From Eremomyces bilateralis CBS 781.70 (lineage: Eukaryota): a stretch of DNA of 64,000 bases. The stretch lies in NCBI GenBank assembly GCA_010015585.1, contig ML975172.1. The stretch is one strand, 5' to 3'. The position numbers were made by a program, and so were the translations under genes. Every line of letters begins with the position of its first letter. The first letter of the stretch is position 1. The notes below the pieces were generated by a model. It was not told the DNA's origin and searched no databases. It saw only the letters and a list, made by a program, of their open reading frames with translations. Of this stretch, positions 59,632 to 64,000 are shown piece after piece.

Positions 59632-60965
59632 TCAACACCGCACCGCCGAACCATTCCCCGGCGCTGAACCATTCCCCGGCGTCTGTGAGAACGTCACATT
59701 ACCCAACCACTCTCGAAGGATAGCGTTGAACTCGACGGGTTTCTCTTCGTGCGGCCAATGAGCAGTTTCAATTGTCTGCCACACTTGTTAGGCCGTGAAC
59801 GCAAAATCTCTGGAACATCAACATACCTGGTTGAAGTGGTTTGAGAGGAACGATGCCGATCCAATTAGTTCGGCAAATTCTTCCCAATCCGAAACGGGAT
59901 CCTTAGTCATGAAGAGGGTGAAGGTTGGTTGGGGCAAGGTGTAGTTGCCCTGACCTATCTCGAACTGGTAGGTGAGGTTTCTATTGCCCAGTTGATACCC
60001 GTTGAAAGCTATGTTCCGTATTAGCCTGCCACCTCTCTATTTATCGTTTCATATTTTATTCGACCATAACTTACTATTGTAGAATCCTTGCTTGCTATAT
60101 GAGTCGACCATGTAGTCCTCAACAGTCTTCGACATGATTCCAGAGGCGGGTATTTCCGTCAGGTTGTTTTCCTTGAGGTATTGTTTCCACGGTCCTAAGA
60201 ACGTCGTGTTCTTTGTCAAAAACTCTGCAGGCGGCGCCGTCTCCGCAGTCCGCGCACATGATCGGATCGACGCTCGAATGTCCGAGTCCAACTCCTTCGC
60301 CGCCGGCTTCTCCATTTCATCGAGGTACACTTGGTAGGTGAAGAACGGGTTCAATGCAGCCAGCGCCCTGTTCGTCGAAAATCCAAGAGTTGCGGACACA
60401 TACTACGGCTGGTGAGCCACCAAGGCGATCAAGAACTGAGATGCAAGACACATACCGGAATCCCGATGTTAAACACCCCGACGAACCGATCAGGTCGGCT
60501 CCGTCCCGCTTCCCAGCACAATTGCGCCCCGAAATCGTTCCCGACGCACACCCCGGTATCGACGCCCGCATTATCAAGCACGCAGAGCACATCATCCACG
60601 AAGTCGTACATCGTATTTGATGACTCCAAGTCGACCGGATGCTGTGAATCGCCATACCCACGATGCTCGGGCACGATAATCCGATATTCCTTTGAGAACT
60701 CCGTGATCTGGTTCCGATACGTCGTCCACAAGCTCGGCCAGCCGTGGACAAGGACGAGGGTCTTGCTGGCGGTGGGGTTGATGTCGAGGTAGGCGAGGCG
60801 GAGGTTGGTGGGGACCGGGGTGGCGCCGCTGCGGTCGACGGCCGGGCAGGTGACGAACGTCTTGCGGTATTCCCATGGGTTGAACGATGCGGGTTCCTGG
60901 GCTGAGACGAGGGAGAGGAGGGCGCAGTGGAGGAGGATGAAGGAGAGGAACTTGGTGGTGAACAT
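59632..60965 (-). CDS. Secreted epoxide-hydrolase-like alpha/beta hydrolase
   Basis: Signal peptide MFTTKFLSFILLHCALLSLVSA, HGWP, RGYGDS, GNDFGA, KDPV, AHWPHEEKP. Three introns. Confidence 0.9.
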
Positions 60966-63473
60966 CGTGAACTATGGTTTAAGGAGCGACTGAATGAGCT
61001 AAACGAGTGTACGGCCAACAGCACAAGGAACAGGAGGGGGACGCGACGAATTAGTATGGGGATGATATGTTTCCGGCTCTCTTGTGGATCTAGGTTGTTT
61101 CTATGTCAAGATATAGCAAATATCCGTCTCCCTTTCCCCCAAGCCTCGGTCTAGCATATCGTAATACGATTCCTCCAGCTAGGATATACGTTGCGTGAGC
61201 CCTCTACAAATCACAATGCCCAAGTCTCGGTATCACCCTTCCGATCTGTCTCCGCGGACGCATCCTTGAGCCAGAAGGCACCCCGCAAGAGCCGCACGAA
61301 GGCCACGGTACCAGCAACCATCACGGATTCGCGGTTGAAGAATTAAGCTCCGGTTTTCTCGATGCTTGAAACCGGAAATGCTGGGTGGTCGCGCGCATCA
61401 TGTATACTCGTACCGTCGTACCCACTGCCAAGCTCAGATCGTCCGACCCAGTTCGGTGGTCGGTAATGGAGTAGGGCTCGTTTCGGGATATGTAGCCCGC
61501 GGTTCTACGTAGTTGGGGACCAATAGGATCGCAAGACTTCCGGCTTCTAGAAGAGTTGCTGGATTGGGTTTGGTGAGGTCGCATTTAGTTTCAAACTAGG
61601 TGAGAATCATGAGATGCTGATTTCTGGCTGCTGCCCTAGCTCACGGAGCAGGCATGTTTAAATGATGGCTTCGAAAACTTCACCTTAAGGATGTTTCGAC
61701 TTGCTGTGGCCTGTATGCCACCATCGTCCTCTGGTCTCCGGAGCATACCTTAGGAAACCGAATCTGCGGGTGTCCAATTTCACCAGCGTCGCTGTGCAAT
61801 ACAATCCTAGGATGTCAGCCCTGTTCATCGCAGAACTGACCCCGACGGCAAGCTGCGAGTAGGGTATGCCAAACCGACCAGAATTCATCAAATTCTCCCC
61901 AATCACATTGTAGGACAGAGATATCAGATATTGCATGCGAACAAGACAAGAATCTCTATAATACATTCGTAAACAATGCTGTACAGGAAAGACTTCACCA
62001 TGACTATTGACAACATTTCCCGAGTCGTGGTTCTGGAGTTGAGACGCCGAGTCGCAGTTGAGAAGATGGGTTTATTGACAAACTCCTCAGGCATTCAACT
62101 GAAGATGAACTTGGAGCAGGAGTTCATAGTTACGACTTACGAGGAGTGACAAGGTCCTAGAGAACTCACGGACTTTCGCCCATTTCTCGCTTCCCAGCCT
62201 CCCAAGTACCATCACGTGGCTGCACTTTGCAGTTCTACCTTAATTACTTCTGCACTCCTTCCCCATTAACTCCATACTCCTGCATAACTTGCTCATAACT
62301 TCAGCATGGAACTTCCGCCCAACTTCTAGAAATGCACGTGATAATTTGGCACTTGCCTCCTGTATCGCTGATCGATCTCAAACTTGAGTTCTCCTTCACT
62401 TCTTGCCTCTGGACTTCTGGAGGTGGTTTGTAGCACAATCATGCTTGGCGGAAAGAAGGAGCCCCGAAACTTGGAGGCCTGCATCCCAAAGCCACACTCA
62501 GTTGAGACAGTCGTGTCGATAATTCTCATTTGTGAAGCTTAACTCTGCGACATCATTGTCATCTCGTCCAATCTTGGCAGAGAATATCATTCAACGATAG
62601 CAACCAGTCTGACTAATCGACACGTGTGTCTTGGGAAATCCCAATAATAATTTGAAGCATGTTCTTCTACTCTGTGCAATATCAATTATTTTCTTGGTAC
62701 CTTATCAACCCAGTTTTAGAGGTTAGTAAGAGGTCTCGCGTCGCACACGGTCATCTTCATCACAATAAGATTTTACGTGGGCACTAGAAGTGAGTTTACT
62801 TCACAGATGAGGCTCATTTCAGAACGGAAGAACTATCAACTGAAGATGAATGAGTTTCGAGAGCTTCGTATTCACGATCGCCCCAACGAATTTATGGGAG
62901 GCTCGGAAATCAGTGTTTAAGCTACTCTTCACGTCGCCAGCGGCATTTCGTATAACCACAAAGGCCCTCTCGTATTCTAGAACGATCATGATAATCCTAC
63001 AGCTCCTCGGCTATATATACCACGGACTTCGCGTCGGTCGAGCAACTGCGGAAAGGACAGATTCGTCCTAGCAATATTAGCCGTGCTGGCCTATGCAATT
63101 TCGGAAAGCTGGCTGGCACCGTGGCACGAACGTCTTGGACATCTGGAGGAGCAGTACATTAAAAGGCTGCGGAGGATATCAACATGAATCAGGCCGCTTC
63201 CAAACGCATTTACCTGCGTGTCCGGTATAAATTCCGATTTCAGAGAGAATCCACATAATCACCCATAATAAACGTGGAGAATGCTCACTTCCACCGCGTC
63301 TATCGCGAAGACTTTGCTGATCCCCTCCTTGGAGTATCCAACCCCCCCGCTAGCTCGACTTCCACGACGACTTCATGAGAAGCAAGACTAGGAGGCCATA
63401 GAAGCGTCTTGGGGGCGATATATCATGCATGTGTCTAGTGGAGTAGATTCTTGAACTCCAACCTGCCAGTCGA

Positions 63474-64000
63474 TCATAGAACATATCTAAAATATGGGTT
63501 CTCCTTGTCCGTCAGATCTTGGAATGCCAGATTTGCTCTTTCTTCTTCGCTACCTACTACGGCGTCTCTTTTCCTATTCTCGGACGAGAGAACGAAGTAT
63601 AGGGCAACGGAAGCAGCCATGCAGATGACGTAACTGGAATTGTTAGAAAGTGAGCGGTATATAGAAAAGGAAATTTTACCATATGATTAAGCCTGTCCAT
63701 AACTCTGGATAATGTTGTGACTTCGACTGCGACCGCACTAGTTGAGGTCCGATGATATTTCCTACACAGTAGGCAACGAAGATGGTGGCTGCTGTAAAGC
63801 TCTTCTTGGTATGGCCTGCCACGTTAGACATTCCGAGTACTATGGTGAGACTAGCGACGCCGCCAAAAGAGCCAGTGATAGAATAGCCGACCACAGGTGC
63901 TACTGCATGGTAAGTCCAGGAGCTTTTCCAGATTATTGCGCAGCCTGCGATGACGGGAAGACAGCAGAGTAGCAGCATGATGATTCGGATATTTGGAATC
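63474..64000 (-). CDS. MFS transporter, allantoate permease (Dal5-like) family, 3' part
   Basis: SNVAGHTKKS, AYCVGNIIGPQL, intron, then ENRKRD...FQDLTDKENPYFRYVL*. Confidence 0.92.

Noticed and set aside
62200..62350. Possible MITE bounded by CACGTG motifs
   Set aside because: The inverted match is only about 8 bp, largely a self-palindrome, and there is no TSD.
1..64000. tRNA, 5S rRNA or telomeric arrays
   Set aside because: No cloverleaf, T-loop/box-B, 5S-like sequence or (TTAGGG)n tract recognised.

Overview
Eukaryotic DNA from a filamentous ascomycete (Pezizomycotina), shown by short GT-AG introns with CTRAC/CTAAC branch sites and fungal gene families; the species cannot be determined. 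The window has two parts. (i) An accessory, partly decaying block at about 8-34.4 kb: an IFI27-like pseudogene, a stop-interrupted secreted protein, a Pth11-like GPCR, a HET-NB-ARC-TPR NLR pseudogene, two solo LTRs with target-site duplications, pogo and hAT remnants, an intact homeodomain-like/C2H2/protein-kinase fusion, and a pseudogenised two-gene nucleotide-metabolism module (MazG-like gene plus P-loop kinase-HAD-UPRTase triple fusion). (ii) A core-gene block from about 34.8 kb: APC10, LEU2, an Hsp70-like gene, PIS1, an LCAT-like hydrolase, thaumatin, Xaa-Pro aminopeptidase, an epoxide hydrolase and an MFS transporter. Many exons there show a C-rich to G-rich gradient, and the block holds an intact Tc1-like transposase with unusual DD42E spacing. 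No tRNA, rRNA or CRISPR was seen. All calls come from manual reading and motif recognition; no searches were run.
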